Made by a program: the position numbers and the translations under genes
Notes under the pieces: model-generated
The model's input: the letters and a program-made list of their open reading frames with translations, nothing else
Told to the model about the DNA's origin: nothing
The model's database searches: none
DNA from: Octopus sinensis
Lineage: Eukaryota
Direction: 5' to 3'
DNA: 64,000 nucleotides
Assembly: GCF_006345805.1 (NCBI RefSeq)
Contig: NC_043014.1
Coordinates: forward strand, 31,620,001 to 31,684,000
Part shown: one piece after another, positions 51,397-64,000 of the stretch
Position numbering within the stretch: position 1 is the stretch's first letter
Layout of the letters: each line of letters starts with the position of its first letter

Positions 51397-54281
51397 TAAT
51401 ATTTAGCATTCATGTTTTTTAATATTTAGTATTTAGTACTCATAATGTGGCAAGATGGCAGAATTGTTAGAACACCAAGCAAATTGTTAGTACACCAAAA
51501 TGCTTAGTGACGTTTGTCTGTCTTCACGTTTTGAGTTCAAATTCGGGATTGACTTTTCCTTTCAACCTTTTGGGAATGATTAAATAAGTACCAGTTGAAC
51601 ATTGGGGTTTGTGTAATCAACTTTTCCTCTACCCTAAAATTACTGGCCTTGTGCCAAAACTTGAAACCAATATTTAGCACTCATGTTATTTAAATATCCT
51701 CAAAACCATGCCAAAATTGCAAAATAAAATATTTTCTCAGATTACGAGAAAGGGCCCCCCCACTGGTGCATACAGCAGTTGTATGAATTTTGTGATTAAC
51801 CACCAGTGGTATATGTGGTGATTAACATGTTAAAGTTACTAGGGTATAATTCTGAGTGATGTGATGTTGTAGAGTATCCCATGGACAATACTGTCTTGGG
51901 TCCTTTGATTCATAGGGGTAGTTATCCAGTTTCCATGGCATACAAGGGACCAAGATCACAACATACCTCTGAGTAGGATACCAGTCTATTGCAGGGTTAA
52001 TCTTTTACAGCTAAGTGAGCTAGAGCAACATGAAATGAAATGCTTTGCTCAAGAATAAAATGCATTGCTTGGTCCGGGAATCGAAACCACAGTCTTGCGA
52101 TCATGAGTGCAACACCCTAACGACTAAGCTATGTGCCTTCACTGCAGAATATAAGAAATGTAAATTAAACAGTAAGTGTTCACCCCACCTGGGAGATATT
52201 TCAGTGGATGGATAATGAAGATAAGGTATGTGTCAGATTACTTTCTCTGATCTTGTACAAGTCCTGGAAAGCACCTCAGTCCTTACATGTCAAAAGGTTG
52301 TCAAGTTTATTGTATGTATATCCAGTGAAAGAGAGAAAAGAATTTATGAGAGAAACCAGAATTTCAAAGAAATGGCAGTTTATGGCTACAATCTCAACAT
52401 TGTTAATAAATGGGGGAAAATTAATATAGAGATGAGGATTGAAAGGAATAAAACAAATAAGTGTGTGTGTGTGTGTAAATGTGTGTGAAGGGAAGTTAGA
52501 ATGCTAATGATTCTGCCAGCTTAATGCTTTATACTGGCATTAATAATCCTTTCTTATTATAGGCACAAAGCCTGAAATTTAGTGGGGAGGGTGGTAGGTG
52601 ATTACATTGACCCCAGTGATCAGCTGGTACTCATTTTACCATCCCCAAAAGAATTAAAGGCAAAGTTGACCCCAGCAGAATTTGAGGGAACCCAGCTGTA
52701 GAAACCGTGCCAAAACAGACATAGGGCCTCGGCAGCTCTTCAGCGGGCCAGCTCCTGCAAAAACCATCTAATCTATTCCAGCATGGAAAACAGGCATTAA
52801 ATGATGATGAGGATGATGATGATGATAAATGTAAAAACAGGTGTTAAATGATGATGATGATGATGATGAACATAAAGATAGAGAAAATACCACTAAGCAT
52901 TTTGTCCAGCATGCAAACAATTCTGCCAGCTCACTGCCTTTATGTAAGCACTAATGGTCCTTTCTTCTATAGGCACAAGGCCTGAAATTTTGGGGGAGGG
53001 GGACCAGTTGATTATATTGACCTCAGTGCATAACTGGTACTTATTTTATCGACCCTGAAAGGATGAAATGCAAAGTCGACCTCAGTGGAATTTGAACTCA
53101 AAACGTAAAGATGGATGAAATGCCACTTAGCATTATGCCAGCATGCAAACAGTCCTGCCAGCTCATCACCTTTATGCAGGCATTAATAATAATACAGAAA
53201 AGAACATGCAAATAAAAACTCACACTGCAAAACCCCCACCCCACATGCATATACACACACATACATATGCATACACATACAGAATTTGTACATGATTAAC
53301 TTTACTGATGTTCTTGCATGTATGAAACCTCATTCATTCAATTCCAGTTATTTGACATCCATCATTTCCAGTATGACTTAAAACAAAGCAACACCTAATT
53401 CTTTTGTTATTCACATTTTCTTTTCTTTCTCTGTGCTTATTTCTTCTTTTAACCTACTGGAGAAGGAGCTGATTCTCTAAACATCAAGGACACTTTCATG
53501 TCTCAATCTGACACTCTGAGAAAAGACATATAATAACCAACCCTCTCAGCATTAATCTGGAGATTTAAGGACAAAAACATCACCAACAAATCAAATAGAA
53601 GATCCTTTCTAAGATCAAACATTATATTGATGAACCAAAAAGACGTTCTGTATGCTTGTTTGCAAAACTGTCTCTTTTAAAAGAATATAAAAACCTCAAG
53701 AGACTGTGTGTAAATATTAGGATCAAGTTTTTCTTCATGTCTGCATTTCACAAAAAGATCTTAGTGGTAATTTAAGACACCACTAGACACATCATAGCAC
53801 ATTTCAGTGTTGGTTAATGAAAATTTTCATATCCATAAGACAGTGTGCAGTCAATGATCTCCTCTTGATATCACTGTTTTTTTCTAAATACACAAGCTTA
53901 TTCAAACATTGATTGCTTGAATGCTTTTACTACGCCATCTTGTAATTACTAGCTTGGTAAATGGCAAAATAAATTAATATATTTTAGCCAGTAAACACTA
54001 GATAGCTATTTCACAAGGCTTTTTGTGGTTTTTATTATAATAATATATATTTGTATAAAGTTTAATTTATCACCACTTAAAAGTGGATGTGTTATTTATC
54101 ATGAGAATCTCTCATATGGTTTTGTGGTATATATGAACATTCTTGGAGATGTACTTGCATAGCAAGTGACCTGATCTGAGATCGTGTGCAGGAATGAAAA
54201 CAATTGCAGCATGGAAGGTGTTTATAAGCCATTTAAGAAACACATAAAAACCATTAGATTCACTTCAGCATTTAAATTTAA

Positions 54282-54332
54282 TTTGCCAAAATATTTTCAT
54301 TGCTTTGAGACTGCGACCTGTTCACTGACAAA
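54282..54332 (-). ncRNA. Hammerhead ribozyme variant with G3-C8 core
   Basis: uuuguca-GUGAACA-g-GUCGC-agucucaaa-GCAAU-GAAA-AUAU-U-U-uggcaaa. 7-bp stem I, palindromic stem III, stem II 3' strand explicable by CpG decay of GCGAC. Confidence 0.65.
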
Positions 54333-55401
54333 ATTCCGTGCTGCATCTTGTTTACACCACTAATGGCAGACAATCACTGCCATCTCCACTGCCAGGAATA
54401 CCAGATTATTTGATTTCAGTCTTCTTCAGCTTTGTCAATGGTAGATATAGGACTGCTGGAAATAGCAGTAACTGCCCCACTTGCAATATGCATAGAGTCA
54501 CAGAGCCCAGTCAGTCACTGGTGTCACTAAAAGTCAGTGAGCTTATTAAAAAAATGATTAAAATGGTCAGAACAGTAATCAATACCAAAAGGTAAAATTT
54601 ATCTCTCACTTAAATGGGGTTGTTGTGTTAGAATACAGAATACTGCGTTATTTATTTTGAGAGAATCTCTCATATGGTTTTGTGGTGCATCTACGCACCC
54701 TTCTCTACACTGGTAGTGGGACACAATCACCACCAGGACTACCGGATCATGTGATTTCGACCTTCTTCACCTTGCCAATGGTAGATACCTGACTGCTGGA
54801 AATAGCAGTAACTGAGATTTTCCAATCTTCCATGAAAGCATATCTGGTCGTGGAGAATGTTACCTTACTTGGAAACAAGAGTGGGTTGGCAACAAGAAGA
54901 ACATTGGCTGTAGGAAATCAGTTTCAGCAAATTCCATCCACTCCTTGCAAGCTTGGAAAAATGGATGTTAAATGGTGAAAATGATGATAGCAATATACAT
55001 GTTTGTGAATGTGTATGTATATGCAGCTATTAATAATGCTTTCTGACTTTGGCCCAAGACCAGCAATTTTGTGGGGAGGGTATAAATTGCTTTTTTACAT
55101 CAATTTCAGTGTTCAACTGGTACTTTTTTTTATAGTCTCTGAAAAGAGAAAAGCGAAGTTGTCCTAAGCAGGATTTGAGCTCAGAACATAAGGAGCCAGA
55201 AGAAATGGCACTAAAGATTTTGTTGACTGCACTAACATTTCTGCAAGCTCACCACTTTATGCAGGAATTGATAATAATACTAAGAACATACAAATAAAAT
55301 CTCACAGTGCAAAAAACAAAAACATATGAATACATACCACATCCCCCTTGCCACATATGAATAAATATCCTCACCCTTAACACACAAATACACGACCCTA
55401 T

Positions 55402-55811
55402 TTCTTTATTACCCACAAGGGGCTAAACATAGAAGAGGACAAACAAGACAGACATAGGTATTAAGTCGATTATATCGACCCCAATGCGTAACTGGTACTT
55501 ATTTATCGACCCCGAAAGATGAAAGGCAAAGTCGACCTCGGCGGAATTTGAACTCACAACGTACAGCAGAAAAATACCTATTTCTTTATTACCCACAAGG
55601 GGCTAACACAGAGGGACAAACAAGGACAGACATAGGTATTAAGTCGATTACATCGACCCCAGTGCGTAACTGGTACTTAATTTATCGACCCCGAAAGGAT
55701 GAAAGGCAAAGTCGACCTCAGCGGAATTTGAACTCACAACGTAACAGCAGACGAAATACCGCTAAGCATTTCGCCTGGCGTGCTAACGTTTCTGCCAGCT
55801 CGCTGCCTTCT
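55402..55811 (-). mobile_element. SINE family B dimer
   Basis: 14-bp TSD atacac(g/a)accctat at 55388-55401 and 55812-55825. Junction aaatacc|tatttc at ~55578. Confidence 0.9.
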
Positions 55812-56149
55812 ATACACAACCCTATCCCTTCAACACACACATTTACCTTTACTGTTGCTTTTGCATGTATGAAACTTCATTCCTTCTGGGTCATTTCCAA
55901 TCATTCAACTTCTATCACTTTCAGAGCAACACATAATTCTTTTGTAACTCACACTTTCATTCCTTTCACTACACTTATTATTCCTTCTTCTAACTATCTA
56001 AACTTATTGATGAAGGAGCTTAATCTCTGAACATCAAGGACACTTTCTCATCACAATCTTTCATTGAATGTTAAACTAATAATTACGCTTTACATTCATT
56101 TCATCTTCTCTGTGTAGCCATTTTCATGTTAATATTAAACCCACCACAC

Positions 56150-56299
56150 TCACACATATACACACATGTATATATATATGTTTATATGCATATGTGTACA
56201 CACCACACACACACACATACATACCGTGCGCAGTTAATGATATATATACATATAATATATATACATATATATATATACACACATAAATATATATATGTA

Positions 56300-56345
<46 letters not shown>

Positions 56346-56366
56346 CATAAATATATATATTATATT

Positions 56367-56406
<40 letters not shown>

Positions 56407-56467
56407 TATTTATGTGTGTATATACATATATATATATATGTATATATATCATTAACTGCGCACCGTA

Positions 56468-56520
<53 letters not shown>

Positions 56521-56536
56521 CATACATATATATATA

Positions 56537-56587
<51 letters not shown>

Positions 56588-56591
56588 TGTA

Positions 56592-56625
<34 letters not shown>

Positions 56626-56710
56626 ATATGTACATATATACATACATATATATACATATACATGCATACATACAGACTACATATACACATGCATACGTAC
56701 ATACATACAT
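56150..56710. repeat. Long (TA)n/(CATA)n microsatellite
   Basis: Directly visible. Many similar tracts elsewhere, e.g. 3640-3780, 20890-21005, 36610-36870, 44697-44788. Confidence 0.95.
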
Positions 56711-57314
56711 GTGAATTCATTCAGTAAGCAGAATAGGAAATTATGCAAGACTTTTCTAAAATACAAAACATGACTCTTTGCTGTGGTTATCTAAATATCA
56801 ATGGTGGTACTTTGTTTCTAAGTTACAAACCAATCTCTTCTTTAAAGGAAGATTTCAAAGAATTTAAAATGAAAGAGACATGTAATTATGTAACTATTTA
56901 TATATACATACAATAAACATATACATTCTCATACAACAGTATAAGAATACATCAGAACTTAGAATCAAAAGACAAGATAAATTACTGTACATAATGGTTA
57001 TTATATGTTATAAAATAAAGAACATTTATAAATAATTTAGATTTCTCTTTGAAAATGTTTCCATTTAAAATCACATATTTATAGTGTTCCGTCTTGATAT
57101 AGTAACTATTACCATAAGCTGAACTGACATCATAGCATTGTATGAACATGCTTTGTTTCACCATATGAGTATGCCTGTCAGGTGAATTGTACCTGGGAGT
57201 TGGATGTGTTGGCTTGTATCAGTCACACGGATTCTGCCTGGAGATTATATCAAACGGTGCAAGTGCCCGTAGAATGCTCAGTTATTTGCATGGAAATAAC
57301 TTCTAATGTAGACT

Positions 57315-57770
57315 CCTTCTTCTTCTTCTTCTTCTCCCTCCTCCTTTTTCTTCCTCCTCCACCTCCTCTTCCACATCCTTTTCCACCTCTTCTTCCACCT
57401 TCTTCTCTACCTCCTCCACCTGCTTCCTCTTCCACTTCCTCTTCCCCCTCCTCATCTCCTCCTCCCCGTCCTCCTCCTCCCCGTCCTCCTCCTCCCGCTC
57501 CTCTTCTCTTCCTCCTCCTCTCCTCCCATTCTCCTCTTCTCACTCCTCTGCCTCTACCACCACCTTGTCTTCCACCTCCTCTACCTCTACTCCTCTTCTC
57601 CTCCTCCACTTCCCTCTCCTCCACTTCCTCCTCCTCTATTTCCTCCTTCTCCTCCTCCTGTTCTTCCTCCACACCCCCTCCTCCACTTCCTCCTCCTCCT
57701 CCTCCACATCCTCCCCTCCATTTCTTCCTCCTCCACTTTCTCCTCCTCGTCCCACCTCAGCCCCACCTCC
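57315..57770. repeat. Polypyrimidine (CCT/CTT)n low-complexity tract
   Basis: Directly visible. Confidence 0.95.
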
Positions 57771-58349
57771 TTAGAATTAATCTTATGTAATACATTCATA
57801 TGTCTGCCCTGACTGAGCAGATCAGATCTATGATGGAAGATATCCTATCACTATCCTGTCTTTTTTTCTTCTCCCAGTTTAATATCTAAAACTACACACA
57901 GATGTAGACATAACTATGTGGTTAAGATGCTCACTTCGCTTCTACATGGTTTTGGGTTCATTCCTGCTTTGTGGCAACTTGGGCAGGTGTCTTCTGTTAT
58001 AACCCCATATTGACCAATACCTTGTGAAAGAATTTGGGAGACAGAAACTGTGTGGAAGCCTGTCTTATACATACATACATATATGTGTGTGCATATGTAC
58101 ATATATATATAGTAATATAAATAATATATAAGTATATGCATATATACATACATATATGTACATATCTATATATACATTCATATATGGGTACAGGACATCA
58201 AAAAAACGTTGAACATAATGAGAAACAAAAACATAAAAACAAAAAACATAGAAACAAACTTTTTTTCGAACAACGAAAAAAACAGAGAAACGAGACATAC
58301 AACATAAAGAATATTCCCCTTCTTCAGTTGTCCCTGTTTCATCTACTCC

Positions 58350-58384
<35 letters not shown>

Positions 58385-58385
<1 letters not shown>

Positions 58386-61300
58386 TCATCATCATCATCA
58401 TCATCATTTAGCGTCCGTTTTCCATGCTAGCATGGGTTGGACGGTTCAACTGGGGTCTGGGGAGCCCGAAGGCTGCACCAGGCCAGTCAGATCTGGCAGT
58501 GTTTCTACAGCTGGATGCCCTTCCTAACGCCAACCACTCCGAGAGTGTAGTGGTGATTTTATGTGCCACCGACACAGGTGCCAGGCGAGGCTGGCGAACG
58601 GCCACGCTCGGATGGTGTTTTTATGTGCCACCGACACAGGTGCCAACGAGGCTGGCAGACGGCCACGCTCGGATGGTGTTTTTATGTGCCACCACACACA
58701 GGTGCCAGATGAGGCTGGCAGGTGCCAGACGAGGCTGGCAGACGGCCACGCTCGGATGGTGTTTTTTGTGCCACCGACACAGGTGCCAGATGAGGCTGGC
58801 GGACGGCCACGATCGGATGGTGTTTGTTACGTCCCCAAAGCACGGAGGCCAGTCTATGCGGTACTGGCTACGGCCACGTTCGGATGATTTTCTTGTGTGC
58901 CACCGGCACTGGTACCACAAAGATACAAATTCCATTTATGTTCATCTATTTTGATTTGTTTTGATTTGATTTGATTTCACTTCACTTGCCTCAACAGGTC
59001 TTCACAAGTGTCACTTGCCTCAACAGGTCTTCACAATGTCACAAGAAGGAAGGTATGCACAGGTGGACTGTCTACGTCGCCGGGTCTTCGGATGTGTCTT
59101 TATGTGCCACCGACACAGGTGCCAGATGTGGCTGGCGAACGGCCACGATCGGATGTTTTTCTTGTGTGCCACCGGTACTGGAACCACAAAGATACAAATT
59201 CCATTGATGTTCATCTATTTTGATTTGGTTTGATTTTCACTTGCCTCAACAGGTCTTCACAAGTGTCACGCGTGTCACACACTTGCCTCAACAGGTCTCC
59301 ACAAGTGTCACACACTTGCCTCTGCCTCAACAGGTCTTCACAAAGTGTCACACACTTGCCTCTGCCTCAACAGGTCTTCACAAGTGTCATAAGAGGGAAG
59401 GTATGCACAGGTGGACTGACTACGTCGCCGGGTCTTTGGATGGTGTTTTTATGTGCCACCGACACAGGTGCCAGGTGAGGCTGGCGAACGGCCACGATCA
59501 GATGGTGTTTGTTGTGCCCACAGCACGGAGGCCAGTCGATGCGGTACCAGCTACGGCCACTTCGGATGGTTTTCTTGTGTGCCACCGGTACTGGAACCAC
59601 AAAGATACAAATTCCATTGATATTCATCTATTTTGATTTGGTTTGATTTTCACTTGCCTCAACAGGTCTTCACAAGTGTCACACACTTGCCTCAACAGGT
59701 CTTCACAAGTGTCATAAGAGGGAAGTATGCACAGGTGGACTGACTACGTCGCCGGGTCTTCGGATGGTGTCTTTATGTGCCACCGGCACAGGTGCCAGAT
59801 GAGGCTGGCGAACGGCCACGATCGGATGGTGTTTGTTGTGCCCACAGCACGGAGGCCAGTCGATGCGGTACTGGTTACGGCCACGTTTGGGTGGTTTTCT
59901 TGTGTGCCACCGGCACTGGTACCACAAAGAATACAATTCCACTGATGTTCATCTATTTTGATTTGTTTTGATTTGATTTGATTTCACTTGCCTCAACAGG
60001 TCTTCATAAGTGTCACAAGAAGGAAGGTATGCACAGGACTGACTACGTCCCAGGTCGGGGCCACGGGTTATGCCTGACTAGTCTTGCCGGTCTTCTCATG
60101 CACAGCATACTTCCATAGGTCTCGGTCTCTAGACATTTCCTTAGTGAGACCTAAAGTTCGAAGGTCGTGCTTCACCACCTCGCCCAGTTTTCCTGGTCTA
60201 CCTCTTCCACAGGTTCCCTCCACTGCTAGGGTGTAGCACTTTTGCACACACTATCTTCAGCCTTTCTTGTCACATGACCATACCAGCGCAGCCGTCTCTC
60301 TTGCACGCCACAACTGACGCTTCTTAGGTTCAGCTTTTCTCTCAAGGAACTTACACTCTGACGATTATGAACACTGACATTACACTCCATCGGAGCATAC
60401 TGGCTTCATTTCTTGCGAGCTTACGCATATCCTCAGCAGTCACGGCCCATGTTTCACTACCATGTAGCATGGCTGTACGTACACATGCATCATACAGTCT
60501 GCCTTTTACTCTGAGCGGAGAGGCCTTTTGTCACCAGCAGGGGTAAGAGCTCTCTAAACTTTGCCCAGGCTATTCTTACTCTAGCATTACACTTACACTT
60601 CACACACCCACCCCCGCTACTGACTTGGTCTCCTGGTAGCGGAGCTATCAACTACTTCTAGTTTGTCTCCCTGGAACGTGGCAGAAGTTGGTCTCTGCAT
60701 ATTTCCAGTGTTTATTGCTCTGAGCATTTGCCACAGACAAAAACTATTTTCCTAGTTAGCCTTCCTTTTGACATTGCTGCACCTCTATGTGTCCATAGCT
60801 TACACTTGGTGCATCTTATAGAGTTTCTACCTACACCTTTTTTACAGATCGAGCAGGGCCATCTACCTGAAGGCGTTTGTGATTGATCTACCTTCCTACT
60901 TATTAGAACTTTGGTTTGGCTAGGTTGATTCTAAGGCCCTTCGATTCTAATCCTTGTTTCCACACCTGGAACTTCTCCTCCAGTTCTGATAGTGACTCAG
61001 CAATTAGAGCAAGGTCATCAGCATAGAGGAGCTCCCAGGGGCAACCTGTCTTGAATCCTCCGTTATTGCCTGGAGGACTATGATAAATAGGAGGGGACTG
61101 AGGACTGAACCTTGGTGGACCCCAACCTCTACCCGGATTCTTCACTGTACTCGTTGCCCACCCTCACCTTACTAGCAGCGTCTCTGTACATGGCTTGCAC
61201 AGCTCTCACCAACCATTCTTCTATCCCTAGTTTCCCTCATTGACCACCAGATAAGGGACCGGGGACCCTGTCAAAGGCTTTCTCCAAGTCAACAAAAGCC

Positions 61301-61941
61301 AGGTACAAGGGCTTATCTTTGGCTAGGTATTTCTCCTGCAGCTGTCTTACCAGGAATATAGCATCAGTAGTACTTTTCCCTGGCACGAACCCAAACTGCA
61401 TATCATCTAAGGTAACTCTCTCTCTAATTAGTTGGGCTACACACCTCTCCGTAACCTTCATTACCTGATCCAGCAGCTTGATGCCCCTGTAGTTATTTGT
61501 CTCTAGGGCGTCGCCTTTACCTTTGTAGCAGTTGACTATTATGCTGCTACACCAGTCATGGTATGACCCCGACCCCCTCGTGTATCACCTGGTTAACTAT
61601 ACGGGTGACTAAGCTATAGCCGACACCACCAGATATTTTGAGCATCTCTGCAGTAATTCCTGATGGGCCTGGGGCTTTCCCTGTTTCATATGCTTCTAAT
61701 TGCCTTATCTACTAAGGAACTGTTAACTCGGATTGCTGGTCCCTCTGTTGGGTCGACATTCGGCAGACTCTCTCTTTATCCATTCATTTTCTTCATTCAG
61801 CAACCTATCATAGTGGCGTCCTCCAAGTCTCTCTCTTTGCACCCTCATTAAGTGCAAGTGAACCGTCCTCCTTGCGAACACATTTCTCTCCTACCACGTC
61901 ACGATTCTCTCTCACACACTCTGTCTTGCAACACGAAATAC

Positions 61942-61945
<4 letters not shown>
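58385..61945 (-). mobile_element. RTE-clade LINE, 5'-truncated, with frameshifted RT and ~1.7-kb repeated 3' UTR
   Basis: NYRGIKLL, MQFGFVPGKSTTDAIF, AFVDLEKAFDRVP, LLYADDLAL, HGSETWAV; (GAT)n tail at 58385-58407. Confidence 0.92.
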
Positions 61946-61988
<43 letters not shown>

Positions 61989-62166
61989 ATATGTATGTTT
62001 GTATGTGTATATATATTTGTATGTTTGCATGTGTGTGTGTGTGTGTGTTTGTTGTTGTGTTTGTCCCTCCACCATCATCACCATTTGACAACTGGTGTTG
62101 GTTTGTTTACATTAGCAGTTTGGCAGAAGAGATTGATAGAATAAATACCAGGCATAAAACTAAGTA

Positions 62167-62400
62167 CAGTAATCTCTCGACTATCGCAGGTGTTACGTTC
62201 CAAAACACGCCATGGTAGGTGAAAATCTGTGAAGTAGAAACAGTACTGTACTATATATGTGTTTTTTAATTATTTTTATGATTTGTCTATATTTATTTCA
62301 TTATAAATGCAAAACAAAACCACTGAGAAATTGACGTAAGCTTAAATAATAAACCACGATAGGTGAACAGTGATAGGTAAACCTCGGCGAGAGATTACTG
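62167..62400. mobile_element. Tigger/pogo-type MITE
   Basis: TIRs cagtaatctctcg / cgagagattactg with TA TSD, inserted in the 3' half of a family A SINE. Confidence 0.85.
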
Positions 62401-62687
62401 TATTGGAATTAATCTGTTTGACTAAAACCCTTCAAGATGGCATCCTAGTATGGATTGAAAGAAGTAAAAGATGAGAGAAGATAAAGCTGTATCCAATATG
62501 TTCTTCCTTGTTTAAGACAGCAAGGTGTGACATAAGAGTAATGTAGCTACCATTTCTTGCAGGTTGAGCATTTACATGTGTATGTATAAATGTGTGTGTG
62601 TGTGTGTGTGTGAGTGTGTGTGTGTGTGTGTGCGTGCGTGTGTGTGTGTATGTATGTGTGTGTGTTTGTGAGTGTATGTGTGTTAGT

Positions 62688-63237
62688 CGATGCTGGATTA
62701 ACCATTAAGCAAAACAAGAATGTTCTTTGGGCATCGAAGGAAAGAGGTCACATCAGAAATGGTGAATGGTTTATGGCACAAAAGAAATCACATTAAGCTT
62801 GCTAAAATAATATTTGAAGTGGTTTATGTGATCAGAAATATCTTTTCAAAGTGTACATGGTGTCATAATGAAGATCTGATCAAACTCTTTGGAATTCAAA
62901 AAAGTAACAAGGGGGTCACATCAGAAATGGTAAATGGCTTATGGCACAAAAGAAATCACTTTAAACTTGCTAAAGTAATATTCAGGATGCCTTTTCTCTA
63001 CTAACTACAGAAGCAGAAGTGTTTGCATAAGATTAATTTTGAGGATCTGTTTAAAGACTATAGGCGTAGGAGTGGCTGTGTGGTGAGTAGCTTGCTTACG
63101 AACCACATGGTTCTGGGTTCAGTCCCACTGCATGGCACTTTGGGCAAGTGTCTTCTACTATAGCCTCGGGCCGACCAAAGCTTTGTGAGTGGATTTGGTA
63201 GACAGAAACTGAAAGAAGCCCATCATATATATGTATG

Positions 63238-63274
<37 letters not shown>

Positions 63275-63703
63275 TTGTGTGTCTGTGTTTATCCCCCCCA
63301 ACATCGCTTGACAACCGATGCTGGTGTGCTTACGTCCCCATAACTTAGCGGTTCGGCAAAAGTGACCAATAGAATAAGTACTAGGCTTACAAAGAATAAG
63401 TCCTGGGGTCGATGTGCTCGACTAAAGGCAGTACTCCAGCATGGCCACAGTCAAATGATTGAAACAAGTAAAAGAGTAACAGAGTAAGTGAAAAATGTTG
63501 GAGAAAACTTTTCAAATATATAAATAAAGTGAAAGTATACAAAAAACCCCATTTTTTTCTATCTTGATGCTAGTTTTGCTTCATTTTAAAGCATTAAAAT
63601 TTATTTTATGGCTTATTATTGTTTATATTTTGAATTACATATCTGTGGGGGCACCGAAATGTTTTAAGTGCTTAGGGCCTCTATAGGTCTTAATCTGGCC
63701 CTG
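62688..63703. mobile_element. hAT-type non-autonomous element containing a SINE
   Basis: Right TIR ttaatctggccctg, degenerate left gctggattaacc, internal 180-bp-period duplication (ggtcacatcagaaatggt.aatgg.ttatggcacaaaagaaatcac). Confidence 0.55.
63062..63490 (+). mobile_element. tRNA-derived SINE family A, full length
   Basis: Head aggcgtaggagtggctgtgtgg, B box ggttcagtccc, internal microsatellite, tail gaaacaagtaaaagagtaacagag. Confidence 0.92.
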
Positions 63704-63759
63704 GTAAGTAAGTTAGATGTCGTGTTCCATCGACCCTGTCCCGCAACCATTATTATTAC

Positions 63760-63952
63760 CAGTCATTTGACAGTGGCCATGCTGGGGCACTACCTGGAAG
63801 GGTTTTCTTGAACAAATTGATCCCAGTACTGATTTTTTTAAAGCCTGGTATTTATTCTTTCCATCTCTTTGCATGAAACCACTAAGTTATGGAGATGTAA
63901 ACAAACCAACACTGGTTATCAAGTGGTGATAGAGGACAAATACAAGCACAAA

Positions 63953-63987
<35 letters not shown>

Positions 63988-64000
63988 CAGGCTTCTTTCA
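63760..64000 (-). mobile_element. SINE family A, partial at the window edge
   Basis: Tail and body blocks in reverse orientation. Confidence 0.8.

Noticed and set aside
56124-56720. Long YI/HT/CV-rich ORFs (also 3600-3976, 20825-21093, 36308-36921 and others)
   Set aside because: Translations of (TA)n, (CA)n and (CATA)n microsatellites
57182-57799. Pro/Ser-rich and Gly/Glu-rich ORFs (also 16517-17256, 28264-28509)
   Set aside because: Trinucleotide low-complexity tracts with no domain or splice evidence
58424-59971. Overlapping ORFs and a CRISPR-like appearance of the repeats
   Set aside because: Tandem VNTR in an RTE 3' UTR with no unique spacers, in a eukaryotic context with no cas genes
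59970-60015. ctgttga...gaaa in the RTE UTR hairpin as a hammerhead
   Set aside because: Invariant A6 is absent and there is no stem II between the core halves
63062-63135. tRNA-like sequence with A and B boxes
   Set aside because: SINE head that continues into the SINE body and does not form a full cloverleaf

Overview
AT-rich eukaryotic DNA made up almost entirely of transposable elements and microsatellites. The SINE families look like those of Octopus (inference from recognising the repeats, not a database match). No host protein-coding gene can be supported, and nearly all listed ORFs are microsatellite or repeat artefacts. Non-LTR content: decayed retrotransposons of three restriction-like-endonuclease clades (CRE, HERO/NeSL, R4/Dong), a CR1-like RT, and an RTE LINE with a very long repeated 3' UTR. 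DNA transposon content: an 8.5-kb hAT element with TIRs, an 8-bp TSD and many nested insertions, plus mariner, maT, Tc1, piggyBac, Tigger and Merlin-type elements. Two tRNA-derived SINE families are abundant. The most interesting signal is a set of unrelated non-coding Penelope-like repeats, each carrying a minimal type I hammerhead ribozyme with a palindromic stem III. These include a 418-nt terminally redundant, retrozyme-like unit (45068-45682) and a hammerhead with an apparent natural G3-C8 core swap (54282-54332). A second notable pattern is a SINE found as head+(body)n multimers, each bounded by a single TSD.
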